Below, in pieces: positions 8,671-17,539 of a stretch of 64,000 nt of DNA. Origin of the DNA: an uncultured Pseudomonadota bacterium (GTDB taxonomy: Bacteria; Myxococcota_A; Polyangia; Fen-1088); contig CAVSAG010000003.1 in NCBI GenBank assembly GCA_963725905.1, positions 193,546 to 257,545 on the forward strand, given 5' to 3'. The translations under genes were made by a program, and so were the position numbers. Within the stretch, counting starts at the first letter, position 1. Each line of letters begins with the position of its first letter. The notes below the pieces were generated by a model, which saw only the letters and a program-made list of their open reading frames with translations, was not told the origin of the DNA and did not search any database.

Positions 8671-9136
8671 GTGCCCGTCGTGCACAGGCTCGGCGTCCTC
8701 TTTGTTTCGGTCTTGGCGCTTGGCACCGTCGCAGTCGGGTGCGGAATCCGTCACCAGCAAGGGCGGGCAGGGCGGCGGTGGTGGGACGAGCGTCACCGGT
8801 GGCGGCGGAGTGAGCGGCAAAGGTGGCGGCGGCGTCGTGGGGGCCGCGGGCAAGGGTGGCGGCGGCGGTGCCGGTGGCGCCACGGTGACTGGGACGGCGG
8901 GCGCCGCGGGCGGCACGGCGACCGGCGTGGGCGGCGTCGGTGGCGCGACGGTGACCGGAACGGCGGGCGCCGCGGGCGGCACGGCGACGGGCGCGGGCGG
9001 CGCGGCCGCAGCGGGCTCGTCCGGAACGGGAACGGGCGGCGCCGGCGGGAGCTCCGGTCAGGCGGGCGCCGGCGGGACGGGGCCGGTGCCCTGCGTGTTC
9101 GGGTCTTCCATGATCGGTAGCTGTGTCCTTCACTAA
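8671..9136 (+). pseudogene. Gly-rich lipoprotein with an apparent 1-nt frameshift just after the lipobox (or an assembly indel)
   Basis: The signal and lipobox VPVVHRLGVLFVSVLALGTVAVGC are in one frame (GTG 8671/8680). The Gly-rich body ESVTSKGGQGGGGGTSVTGGGG ... CVLH* is in the +1 frame (ORF 8702..9136). The switch lies at about 8740-8750. Confidence 0.4.
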
Positions 9137-9168
9137 AACGGGCAAATCGGACAGGTAAGGAGAACTCG

Positions 9169-9819
9169 ATGAAACGCGTGCATCTTGGGATTGGGATCGC
9201 GATCCTCGTGCTGACCGGGGCTGGCGCCATCGTGTACGCGAGCGTGCCGCATGCCTTCACCACGGGCGATACGCTGCAGGCCGCCGACCTGAACGGGAAC
9301 TTCACCGCGCTCGATCAGCGGATCACCGCGCTCGAGGCGGCGCAGATGCACTGGGACGGCTACCTCAACCGAGGGCAAGGGCTGAACACCACCACGCCGT
9401 CGAACACGATTGCGCACGTGACGTTCACGCCGCCCGTGACCGGCAACATCGTCGTGCGGGCGCATTTCTCCACCGCGATCCGGAACAACTTCGACAACGC
9501 CACCTCGGGCGACTGCAACGTCGTCTCTCAGCTCTCGACCGGTATGACGGCGCCTCCGACCAATCCCGCCTCCGGGGCGCTGGGGATCTCGCAGATCTTC
9601 GTGGCGGCGAACCTGCCGACCCAGGCCGGCGGTGGGTCGTACCAGTGGTTTCCGCAGACCGCCGAAGGGACGTTCGCGGCGACGGCCGGGACGGCGCTGA
9701 CGGTCTACTTGAACGGCGTACAGTCGGGGGCGGGCTGTCAGGGCGTCGTCTACTTCAGCCTCGACTTCAGCGCCGACTTCTCGACCAAGAGCGCGACGAT
9801 GACCGTCAGCACGCCGTAG
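9169..9819 (+). CDS. Membrane-anchored protein of unknown function
   Basis: AAGGAG RBS. N-terminal TM segment IGIAILVLTGAGAIVY, a short coiled segment (DLNGNFTALDQRITALEAAQ) and a beta-rich C-terminal part. Confidence 0.7.
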   Translation: MKRVHLGIGIAILVLTGAGAIVYASVPHAFTTGDTLQAADLNGNFTALDQRITALEAAQMHWDGYLNRGQGLNTTTPSNTIAHVTFTPPVTGNIVVRAHFSTAIRNNFDNATSGDCNVVSQLSTGMTAPPTNPASGALGISQIFVAANLPTQAGGGSYQWFPQTAEGTFAATAGTALTVYLNGVQSGAGCQGVVYFSLDFSADFSTKSATMTVSTP

Positions 9820-9901
9820 GCGGTCCGGGCACGGGGACCGAGAAGGAGACCGCGCCGGTGATTGACCGGCTTCCGGGGCGCCGGGTACAACCGAGGCGGC
9901 G

Positions 9902-10798
9902 ATGACTTGCGGGCAGTGCGGTACGGTGAATCCTCCGGAGGCGCGGTTCTGCCTCAACTGCGGGACACGGTTCGCGACCGCGGAGGCGCCGCGCGCCCCA
10001 GCCGCGCCGGAGTCGAGCGTGGCGAGCCTGCGCGCCGCGGTCGAGCGCATGGTGGCCGATCGCGGGGCGGCGGCCCCGTCGTTTCCCCAGCCGGTGTTCG
10101 CCGAGGCGCCCCGGCGTCCGGATCCGGCGCCCCTCGCCCCGGCGCCCAGCGGGCCGAGCGAGTTCCGGCTCATCTTCGTCCATCACGACGGATCCGACGG
10201 GACCAGCTATCTGCTGCGCGGGGATCAGATCGACATCGGCCGCAGCGAAGGCGATCTCCTGTTCGAGGATCCGTATCTGTCGCCACGCCACGCCCGCATC
10301 GTCTCGAGCCCGGGCGGGCAGCTCCTGAGCGTGCTCGAGAGCCGCAACGGCGTCTTCCTCCGCCTCCGCGCCGTCGCCCAGCTGAAAGACGGCGACATGA
10401 TCTTGGTCGGCCGCCAGGTCATGCGCTTCGAGCTGGTGCCCGAGCATGAACGGTCGCTCCACCCCGCGCTTCATCACAACGTCGTGCAGTTCGGAACGCA
10501 CGGCGCGCCGGCCTGGGGGCGGCTCCTGCAGCTGGGCCCGACGGGCGTGTCGCACGACGTGTTCCACCTGGGGCGCGAGCAGGTGGTGCTTGGCCGCGAG
10601 CAGGCGGACATCGTCTTCTCCGACGATCAGTTCATGTCGCGCCAGCACGCGACCCTGTCGCTGCGCGAGGGCGTCGTCCATCTGGAGGATCTGGGGAGCT
10701 CGAACGGGACCTTCGTTCGCCTGCGAGACGATCATCTGCTGGTCCACGGCGACGTCCTCCGGCTGGGGAACGTGCTCCTGCGGTTCGAGAACGGCTGA
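9902..10798 (+). CDS. Zinc-ribbon plus double FHA domain protein
   Basis: N-terminal CGQCG ... CLNCG zinc ribbon. Two FHA cores: IGRSEGDLLFEDPYLSPRHARIV ... SRNGVFL and LGREQADIVFSDDQFMSRQHATLS ... SSNGTFV. Confidence 0.9.
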   Translation: MTCGQCGTVNPPEARFCLNCGTRFATAEAPRAPAAPESSVASLRAAVERMVADRGAAAPSFPQPVFAEAPRRPDPAPLAPAPSGPSEFRLIFVHHDGSDGTSYLLRGDQIDIGRSEGDLLFEDPYLSPRHARIVSSPGGQLLSVLESRNGVFLRLRAVAQLKDGDMILVGRQVMRFELVPEHERSLHPALHHNVVQFGTHGAPAWGRLLQLGPTGVSHDVFHLGREQVVLGREQADIVFSDDQFMSRQHATLSLREGVVHLEDLGSSNGTFVRLRDDHLLVHGDVLRLGNVLLRFENG

Positions 10799-10800
10799 CC

Positions 10801-11997
10801 TCAGCGCGCGGCGGGCAGGAGCTCGACGTCCGCGGTGACCGCGAGGTGGTCGTGCAGGCGCGGCGGGTCGGCCGCGGCAGCGAGGAACCGGAGGCGCGGG
10901 CCGCCGAGCAGACGATCGATGCGCATCCACGCCCGGCGTTGAGCGGGGTAGGTGAAGCCGAAGCCGCGGCCGGCGTCGGCGAAGGCGTCGCGGTAGTCAC
11001 CGAGCAACGTCGCCAGCGCCCAGCTCAGATCCGGGAGGTTGGTGTCTCCCGCGATGAGCACCGGATCGGATGACTGGCCCGCGTCGGCGGCGAGCGCGCG
11101 GACCTGCGCCAGCCGCCGGGAGGTGTTCTGTTCGACGATGCCGCGCGACCGGCGATCGAAGATCCGCGCGGTCAAGAGCTCGTCGGGGAGCTCGCGGCCA
11201 CGCAGCTTGTTGAAGGCGTCGTGCGGGGAGATCGGATGCACGGCGTAGAGGCGGATCGGCCCGGCCGGTGTGATCAGCCGGCAATGTGCGTAGCCACGCG
11301 GGTAGAGGTGGCCGTCGAGCCAGAGCGCCGGCGGCAGCGTGGCCTCCTCCAGGGGAAATCGACTGGCGACGACGAACTGGCCCGCCGACCAGAACGCGTA
11401 GCCGGCGAACCCGGCGCGCAGCGACTCCACGTCGTCGGCCTCGACCTCCTCGAGCACGACGAGATCGGGGTTGTCGCGCCGCGCTCGCTCGACGACGCCC
11501 TCGATGCCTCCTGCGCCGTTGCCGATGTTGGCGGTGAGGACGCGAAAGCGCCAGGCGCCGGGCGTCGCAGCCCGAGGTCCCGACAGCCGGAGGCCCATCA
11601 GCGGGAAGAGGACCAACCAGGCGGCCGCGATCTGCGTCGGCAACAGCCGGTACGACCGGGACCAGAGCAACGCCGCCGCGACGACCGGCAACGGCAGCGC
11701 AAAGACGACCCGCGGCAGATAGAGCGCCACTGTCGCGAGCCACCAGCGCTCGCCGCCCAGCCGCAGCGCCGCCACCGCCGCCGCGAGCACGAGCAGGTAT
11801 CCGATCGCCAGCAAGCGGATCGCGGCGGCGCCGCGCCGTCGCAGTCGGGGCGACTTCTCGGTTTCGGGCTCTGCGATCTTCGCGTGCACGTCGCTGCCGA
11901 AGTTACGATCGCCGCGGCGCTTCGGGGAGAGGCACCTCCGCGACTCTGCTACCCTCGAGACCGCGTCGATGAACGGACCGCTCGTCAGCGTCGTCAT
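10801..11997 (-). CDS. Membrane-anchored endonuclease/exonuclease/phosphatase (EEP) family protein
   Basis: N-terminal TM helices, then VLTANIGNG ... LVVLEEV ... IAGDTNLP ... MRIDRLL ... HDHLAV, typical of the EEP fold. Confidence 0.85.
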   Translation of the reverse strand: MTTLTSGPFIDAVSRVAESRRCLSPKRRGDRNFGSDVHAKIAEPETEKSPRLRRRGAAAIRLLAIGYLLVLAAAVAALRLGGERWWLATVALYLPRVVFALPLPVVAAALLWSRSYRLLPTQIAAAWLVLFPLMGLRLSGPRAATPGAWRFRVLTANIGNGAGGIEGVVERARRDNPDLVVLEEVEADDVESLRAGFAGYAFWSAGQFVVASRFPLEEATLPPALWLDGHLYPRGYAHCRLITPAGPIRLYAVHPISPHDAFNKLRGRELPDELLTARIFDRRSRGIVEQNTSRRLAQVRALAADAGQSSDPVLIAGDTNLPDLSWALATLLGDYRDAFADAGRGFGFTYPAQRRAWMRIDRLLGGPRLRFLAAAADPPRLHDHLAVTADVELLPAAR

Positions 11998-12067
11998 TCC
12001 GACCTACAACCGCCGGGTGGTGGACGACGAAGCGAACCGGTCCGCCCAGCGCCCCAATCCATCGTGA
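11969..12067 (+). pseudogene. 32-codon remnant of a family-2 glycosyltransferase N-terminus
   Basis: My translation is MNGPLVSVVIPTYNRRVVDDEANRSAQRPNPS*. VSVVIPTYNR is the canonical GT2 start, and nothing GT2-like follows in any frame. The stop overlaps the flippase GTG (GTGA). Confidence 0.35.
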
Positions 12068-13578
12068 CCGCGCCGTCACCGCTCAAGCGCCTGCTGGTCC
12101 AGGCGTCGCACTATTCGTTCGCCAGCCTGCTGAGCACGCTGGCCGGGCTCATCAGCTTCCCGCTGCTGACGCGCATCTTCTCGGTCGCCGACTACGGCGT
12201 GATGAACCTGATCAGCGCGACGCTGACGGCCGCGCTGGCGCTGGGGAAGGTCGGCGTCCAGCACGCGATCATCCGCCACCGGACGGAGGCGCTGGCGGGA
12301 AAGGGGCAATACAGCGCCGCCCAGCTCTACGCGACGACCTTCCTCGGGATGTGCGGCACCGGGCTCCTCGCCGCCCTGGTTCTGGGCGTCGGCGCGCAGC
12401 TCATCCCGCCGCGCTGGCTGGGCGACCGCCGCCTGCCGACCCTGTTCGGCATCGCCTCGCTGGTCGTCTTCATCCAGGTCGCCGAGAGCGTCATCTTCAA
12501 TTTCCTGCGCGCCGATCAAAAGACGGCGGTGCTCATGAAGTACCAGGTGGGCAAGCGGTACTTCGGTCTCGCGCTCATCCTCTTCGCCGTCTTCGTCATC
12601 TCGCGGACGCTGATGGCCTTCTACGCCGCCATGCTGGCGACCGAGACGGTGGCCGTCGCCGCGCTCACGGTGGCCTTCTTCCGGCGGCAGAGCGTTCCCC
12701 GCCTCGCGCGGCGCGATTTCTCGCTGCCGCTCTACCGCGAGCTCCTGGCGTTCGGCATCCCGATGATGATCGGCTACGAGATGTCCGGGATCGTCCTGGG
12801 GGTCGGCGATCGCTACGTCATCCACGGCATGATCGGCGAGCAGCCGCTGGGGCTCTACTCGGCGGCCTACAACCTCTGCCAGTACGTGCAGGTGGTCTTC
12901 GTCGCCTCGGTGGGGCAGGCGGTGACGCCGCTCTACATGCAGATCTTCGACCAGAAGGGGCCCGAGGAAACGGCCGCCTTCGTGGGCCGCTCGCTGCGCA
13001 ACTACGTTCTGTTCGGCGCGCCGGTGATCGCGGGCCTCGCCGCCGTGGGGCCGGCCCTGCTCCCCACGCTGGCCTCAGAGAGGTACGCCAGCGCCGCGAT
13101 CATCATCCCCTGGGTGATCGCCGGGATGGTGGTCGACGGCTCGAACACCATGGTGGCGGCGGGTCTGTTCATCCACCGGAAGACGAAGCAGATCATGTCC
13201 GTGGTCCTCACTGCCGCCGTCCTCAACGTCGCGCTCAACATCATCCTGGTTCCCCGGATCGGGATCCTGGGCGCCGCCATCGCCACGCTGGTCAGCTACC
13301 TCCTCGCCTCGGGCGCGCTGGCGCTGGCGGGACGGCGGTTCCTGCCCGTGAAGCTCCCCTGGGCGACGATGGTCCGCGCCGCCGTCGCCGCGCTGGGGAT
13401 GTACCTGGCGGTGGCGCATCTCAGCCTGGGCCACCACCTGGCGACGGTGGCGGCGCGCACGATCCTGGGAGCACCGGTCTATCTCGCGCTCATTGCGCTC
13501 ATCGATCCCGATGCGCGTCTGCTGGCGGCGAAGGCGGTCGCGCAGCTGCGAGCGCTCTCTGCAACCGGATCGCGCTAG
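12064..13578 (+). CDS. Polysaccharide/oligosaccharide flippase (MOP/Wzx-like)
   Basis: The polytopic membrane protein starts VTAPSPLKRLLVQASHYSFASLLSTLAGLISFPLLTRIFSVADYGV, typical of polysaccharide biosynthesis proteins. The upstream part of ORF 11221..13578 is Arg/Pro junk. Confidence 0.85.
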   Translation: MTAPSPLKRLLVQASHYSFASLLSTLAGLISFPLLTRIFSVADYGVMNLISATLTAALALGKVGVQHAIIRHRTEALAGKGQYSAAQLYATTFLGMCGTGLLAALVLGVGAQLIPPRWLGDRRLPTLFGIASLVVFIQVAESVIFNFLRADQKTAVLMKYQVGKRYFGLALILFAVFVISRTLMAFYAAMLATETVAVAALTVAFFRRQSVPRLARRDFSLPLYRELLAFGIPMMIGYEMSGIVLGVGDRYVIHGMIGEQPLGLYSAAYNLCQYVQVVFVASVGQAVTPLYMQIFDQKGPEETAAFVGRSLRNYVLFGAPVIAGLAAVGPALLPTLASERYASAAIIIPWVIAGMVVDGSNTMVAAGLFIHRKTKQIMSVVLTAAVLNVALNIILVPRIGILGAAIATLVSYLLASGALALAGRRFLPVKLPWATMVRAAVAALGMYLAVAHLSLGHHLATVAARTILGAPVYLALIALIDPDARLLAAKAVAQLRALSATGSR

Positions 13579-14480
13579 GAGGGCCAGAAGCGGGCCGCGC
13601 CCGCGACGGCGCCGATGACCAGGGCGCAGAGCCAACTCCAGCGATCGGTGATGGCGAACTTCACCGGGTCGTCGTCCATCTCGCCGCGCTGGGTGAGAAA
13701 CCAGATGCGGCTGATCCAGTAGAGCAGCACCGGGCAGACCAGCCACAGGAGGCGCGGCCGCGAATAGATCACGCTGACCGCGCTGCTCTCGATGTAGAGG
13801 CAGAACACGAGGATAGCCAGGTACCCGGCCGTCGTCCCCATCGAGGCGACCATCGTCAAGTCATCGGCGCGGTAGGCGCGGCTGCGCAGCTTGCCGCTCT
13901 CATCGAGCGCGTGCCGCAGCTCGGTGTGCCGCTTGGCGAACGCGAGGCTGAGAAAGATGAACATCGAGAAGGCGAGCAGCCAGGCGCTGATCGAGACGCC
14001 GGTCGCGAATCCGCCGGCCACCACCCGATGGGTGTAGAGCCAGGCAAGGACGATGACGTCGATGAGCAGCAAGCTCTTCAGATAAAACGAATAGGAGATC
14101 GTGATGACGAAGTAGAGCGCCAGCATCGCGAAGAACGACATCGGCAGCGCCAGCAGCGAGATCGCCACACCGCCCCCCAGCAGCATCAAGATGAGCGGCG
14201 GGCCGTAACGGGTCGGCAGCGCGCCCGAGGCGAAGGGCCGGCGGTTCTTGGTCGGGTGCGCGCGATCGGCCGCCACGTCCATCAGATCGTTGAAGACGTA
14301 GCCGGCCGAGGCGCAGAGGCTGAGCGCGAGCGCCGCCAGCGCCGCGCGCGACAGGCCGCCCGACGACAGCGCGTGCGGCGCGAGCAGCACCGGCACGAGC
14401 ACCAGCGCGTTCTTCGACCACTGGTGCAGCCGCATCACCTTGAGCGCGGCCTTGAGCGGGGACGAGCTGGTGGCAGTCAC
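13575..14480 (-). CDS. UbiA-family prenyltransferase resembling decaprenyl-phosphate phosphoribosyltransferase
   Basis: Motif YVFNDLMDVAADRAHPTKNRRPFASG (NDxxDxxxD plus HPTK) and multiple TM helices. Start GTG 14480 or ATG 14435; the longer ORF up to 14786 overlaps the GNAT gene. Confidence 0.85.
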   Translation of the reverse strand: MTATSSSPLKAALKVMRLHQWSKNALVLVPVLLAPHALSSGGLSRAALAALALSLCASAGYVFNDLMDVAADRAHPTKNRRPFASGALPTRYGPPLILMLLGGGVAISLLALPMSFFAMLALYFVITISYSFYLKSLLLIDVIVLAWLYTHRVVAGGFATGVSISAWLLAFSMFIFLSLAFAKRHTELRHALDESGKLRSRAYRADDLTMVASMGTTAGYLAILVFCLYIESSAVSVIYSRPRLLWLVCPVLLYWISRIWFLTQRGEMDDDPVKFAITDRWSWLCALVIGAVAGAARFWPS

Positions 14481-14637
14481 GGAGGATCTTGGAGGTGAGC
14501 GCGGAGTCGCTTCACGCGGAAGTGCGAGAATCGTACCACGGGCGTCGAACCGGTCTCCTCCAGCCTCGCAGAGACTCAGAGCAGACAGGAGATCTCGTCC
14601 GCGACGCCTGGTGGTAACGTCGGTCTCCGTGGGCGAG

Positions 14638-15228
14638 ATGAAGGTGACGCCGGTGACCCTCGAGGGGACGCGGGTTCGGCTCGAGCCGCTCGCGCAGGGC
14701 CACCACGCTGCACTTTCGGTGATCGGGCTCGACGAGGATCTCTGGCGTTGGACCTCGACCGCGCCGGTGCGGACACCCGAGGACATGGCGGCTTACATCG
14801 CGCTCGCGCTGGCCGAGCGCGACGCGGGGCGGGCGCTTCCGTTCGCCACCGTCGACCGGACCACGGGGCGGGCCATCGGCAGCACGCGGTACGCGGCCAT
14901 CGAGCCGCGCCACCGCCGGCTGGAGATCGGTTGGACCTGGCTGGGGCGCGACTGGCAGCGCACGGCGGCCAACACCGAGGCGAAGTACCTGATGCTGCGG
15001 CACGCGTTCGAGACGCTGGGGTGCGTCCGCGTCGAGCTCAAGACCGACGCCCTCAATGAACGGTCGCGCACGGCCATCCGCCGCGTCGGCGCGCGCGAGG
15101 AGGGGATGTTGCGAAAGCACATGATCACCGCCAGCGGCAGGATCCGGAACACCGTCTATTTCAGCATCCTCGACGTGGAGTGGGCGGAGGTAAAGGGCGA
15201 GCTGGAGCGACGGCTGCGGGTCGGTTGA
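14638..15228 (+). CDS. GNAT family N-acetyltransferase (RimJ/RimL-like)
   Basis: MKVTPVTLEGTRVRLEPL ... LEIGWTWLGRDWQRTAANTEAKYLMLRHAFETLGCVRVELKTDALNERSRTAIRRVGAREEG. Confidence 0.9.
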   Translation: MKVTPVTLEGTRVRLEPLAQGHHAALSVIGLDEDLWRWTSTAPVRTPEDMAAYIALALAERDAGRALPFATVDRTTGRAIGSTRYAAIEPRHRRLEIGWTWLGRDWQRTAANTEAKYLMLRHAFETLGCVRVELKTDALNERSRTAIRRVGAREEGMLRKHMITASGRIRNTVYFSILDVEWAEVKGELERRLRVG

Positions 15229-15249
15229 AGCACCTGCGCGGCGCGCGTA

Positions 15250-16833
15250 TCAGCCGACGGCGCTCTCCGGCGCGCGCGCCGCTGCGGCCAGCCGCGCCAG
15301 CGGCAGCTCCAGCGCGTCGGCCAGCGCGGTGGCGCTCGCCTCGATGATGTTCTGCGAGACGCCGATGGTGCTCCAGCGCTCCTCGCCGCGGGCCGCCTCG
15401 ATGAGGACGCGCGTCTTGGCGCCCGTCGCCGCGTCGGGATCCAGGATGCGAACCTTGTAGTCCGCGAGGCGCACGTCGCGCACCAGCGGGAAGTGCGGGT
15501 TGAGCGCCTTGTGAAACGCGCCGTCGAGCGCGTGCACCGGTCCCGCCCCCTCGGCGACCTCGTGGATGATCTCGGCGCCGATCTTCAGCTTGACCGTCGC
15601 CTCGGCAAACATCGAGTTACCGCGGCGCCGCTCGGAGATCACCACCACGTCGAGCACCTCGAACGGCGGCAGGTAGCCTGCCTGGCTCCGCCGCCCGAGT
15701 AGCTCGAACGATCCCTCGGCCGCCTCGAACTGGTATCCCTGGCTCTCCAGCTCCTTGATGCGATCGAGCAAACGGCGCTCGTTCCCCTGCACGTCGATCC
15801 CCAGCTCGCTCGCGCGCATGCGTACGTTGCCACGTCCCGATAGCTCCGAGACCACGATGTGGCGCCGGTTGCCGACGCGCTCGGGGACGATGTGCTCGTA
15901 GCTGGCCGGGATCTTCTCCACCGCCGCGACGTGCATCCCCCCCTTGTGGGCGAACGCCGAGTGGCCGACGTACGGGGCGTGCGCGCGCGGGCGGATGTTG
16001 GCGATCTCGCTGACCGCGCGCGACAGATCCGAGAGCCGCGCCAGGTTCTCGTCGGGGACGCAGCGGCGCCCCATCTTGAGCTGCAGGCCCGGGATGATCG
16101 AGATGAGGTTGGCGTTCCCGCACCGCTCGCCCCAGCCGTTCATCGTCCCTTGCACCTGCGTGCAGCCGGCCTCGACGCCGGCGAAGGCGTTGGCGACCGC
16201 CACGTCGCTGTCGTTGTGGGGGTGGATGCCGAGCGCGGTGGGGACGGTCTTCTTCACGACGCCGACCACCTCGGCAATGAACGTCGGCAGGCTGCCGCCG
16301 TTGGTGTCGCACATGGCGATGCAGTCGGCACCGGCGGCCGACGCGGCCTTGACCACCGCCAGGGCGTAGTCCTGGTCGGCGCGGAAGCCGTCGAAGAAGT
16401 GCTCGCAGTCGAACACCACCTCGCGCCCCTGCTGCTTCAAGAAGGCGACGCTGTCGCCGACCATCGCCAGGTTCTCTTCCAGCGTGGTGCCGACGATCTT
16501 GGTGACGTGCAAGGTCCAGGTCTTGCCGACGACGGCGACAGCTGGCGTCTCGGCCTCGATCATGGCGCGCAGGATCGGATCGCTGTCGGCGCGGCCGCCC
16601 GGCTTGCGGGTCATCCCGAACGCGGTCAGCTTGGCGTGACGAAAGGTGATCGACTTCGCGCGCTGGAAGAACTCGACGTCCTTTGGGTTCGACCCCGGAT
16701 AGCCCCCCTCGATGTAGTGAATGCCGAAGCCGTCGAGCAGGCGCGCGATCTTGAGCTTGTCCTCCACGGAGAGCGAGAGACCCTCGCTCTGGGTCCCGTC
16801 GCGCAGCGTGCTGTCGAAGAGTTGAACGTCCAT
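15250..16833 (-). CDS. cimA: Citramalate synthase (LeuA/CimA family)
   Basis: MDVQLFDSTLRDGTQSEGLSLSVEDKLKIARLLDGFGIHYIEGGYPGSNPKD ... HPHND. The length (527 aa) and C-terminal regulatory domain fit the CimA type. Confidence 0.88.
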   Translation of the reverse strand: MDVQLFDSTLRDGTQSEGLSLSVEDKLKIARLLDGFGIHYIEGGYPGSNPKDVEFFQRAKSITFRHAKLTAFGMTRKPGGRADSDPILRAMIEAETPAVAVVGKTWTLHVTKIVGTTLEENLAMVGDSVAFLKQQGREVVFDCEHFFDGFRADQDYALAVVKAASAAGADCIAMCDTNGGSLPTFIAEVVGVVKKTVPTALGIHPHNDSDVAVANAFAGVEAGCTQVQGTMNGWGERCGNANLISIIPGLQLKMGRRCVPDENLARLSDLSRAVSEIANIRPRAHAPYVGHSAFAHKGGMHVAAVEKIPASYEHIVPERVGNRRHIVVSELSGRGNVRMRASELGIDVQGNERRLLDRIKELESQGYQFEAAEGSFELLGRRSQAGYLPPFEVLDVVVISERRRGNSMFAEATVKLKIGAEIIHEVAEGAGPVHALDGAFHKALNPHFPLVRDVRLADYKVRILDPDAATGAKTRVLIEAARGEERWSTIGVSQNIIEASATALADALELPLARLAAAARAPESAVG

Positions 16834-17023
16834 TTTGCAGGCTCCCGGAAGAGGGCAATCCTACGCGAGTCGCACCCTGCCCACCACCGGTGGCGCGGGA
16901 GATCACACCGTCCCCCGCGTCAGGAGTGCGCGGATTCCCTGAAAACAGGCGACGGAGGTTCCGGGATCGCGCGCTTGACCCGCCCCGCGCATCGCGGTCT
17001 CATGGAACCCGAGGAGGCGCGGC

Positions 17024-17467
17024 ATGAGACTCTCCGGCGTCGTGCTCGGGTTGGTGTTGGTCGTTTCGGTCGTTTCGACCTTGGGACATTCGGCGGCGGC
17101 GGCCGACCGCAACAAGTGCGGCTGCTACAAGGACGGCGGCGGAACCTGCTTCTGCGACAAGAAGGCGAAGTGCGGCTGTCCCGGCGACTGCGAGCCCAAG
17201 GGCTGCGAAGCGCAGCGGGACAAGGAGCTGCAGAAGGAGATCGACGCCGAGACCAAGAAGGCGGCCGCCTCCGGGCACAAGAAACCGTCCGGTGACGACG
17301 AGACCGCCGAGCGAGACGAGGCCCCGGCCCCCAAGGCGTCTGGTCACAAGATGACGGCCGCCCAGTCCAAGCAGCTGGCCAAGCTGCTCGACCTCTACCT
17401 CGGCGATCACCCCGACGCGCGCGGCAAGTCCATCGAGGAAGTGCGGAGCGACGTCGCCGGCCACTGA
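17024..17467 (+). CDS. Secreted small protein with a metallothionein-like Cys cluster
   Basis: Signal peptide, then NKCGCYKDGGGTCFCDKKAKCGCPGDCEPKGCE (9 Cys in 31 residues), a Lys/Glu-rich spacer and a helical tail. Strongly GC3-biased frame. Confidence 0.7.
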   Translation: MRLSGVVLGLVLVVSVVSTLGHSAAAADRNKCGCYKDGGGTCFCDKKAKCGCPGDCEPKGCEAQRDKELQKEIDAETKKAAASGHKKPSGDDETAERDEAPAPKASGHKMTAAQSKQLAKLLDLYLGDHPDARGKSIEEVRSDVAGH

Positions 17468-17539
17468 CCGCCAGGCCGCAAAGAAGCTCGGGCTCCATCG
17501 CCCGAAGTCGACGACAAGCCGGCACTAGGAAGTGGTAAG

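Noticed and set aside
8702-9136. Treating ORF 8702..9136 as an intact cytoplasmic Gly-rich protein starting at TTG.
   Set aside because: That start gives no signal peptide, while a perfect lipoprotein signal lies immediately upstream in the adjacent frame. A frameshifted lipoprotein, or an assembly indel, explains the data better.
16894-16901. Further occurrences of the CGCGGGAG box preceded by a GC palindrome (16884-16901, and 63958-63989 at the window edge), considered as extra copies of the two-hairpin element.
   Set aside because: By rough composition-based estimate, an 8-mer of this composition is expected several times per strand in 64 kb by chance. Neither site has the GGAACCC/GGGTTCC hairpin or the extended similarity. 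The 64-kb site is also truncated by the window end.
15617-16906. A 429-aa ORF overlapping cimA in another frame on the same strand.
   Set aside because: It has Arg/Gly/Pro-rich composition. The cimA frame carries the conserved LRDGTQ and HxH-type motifs along its whole length.
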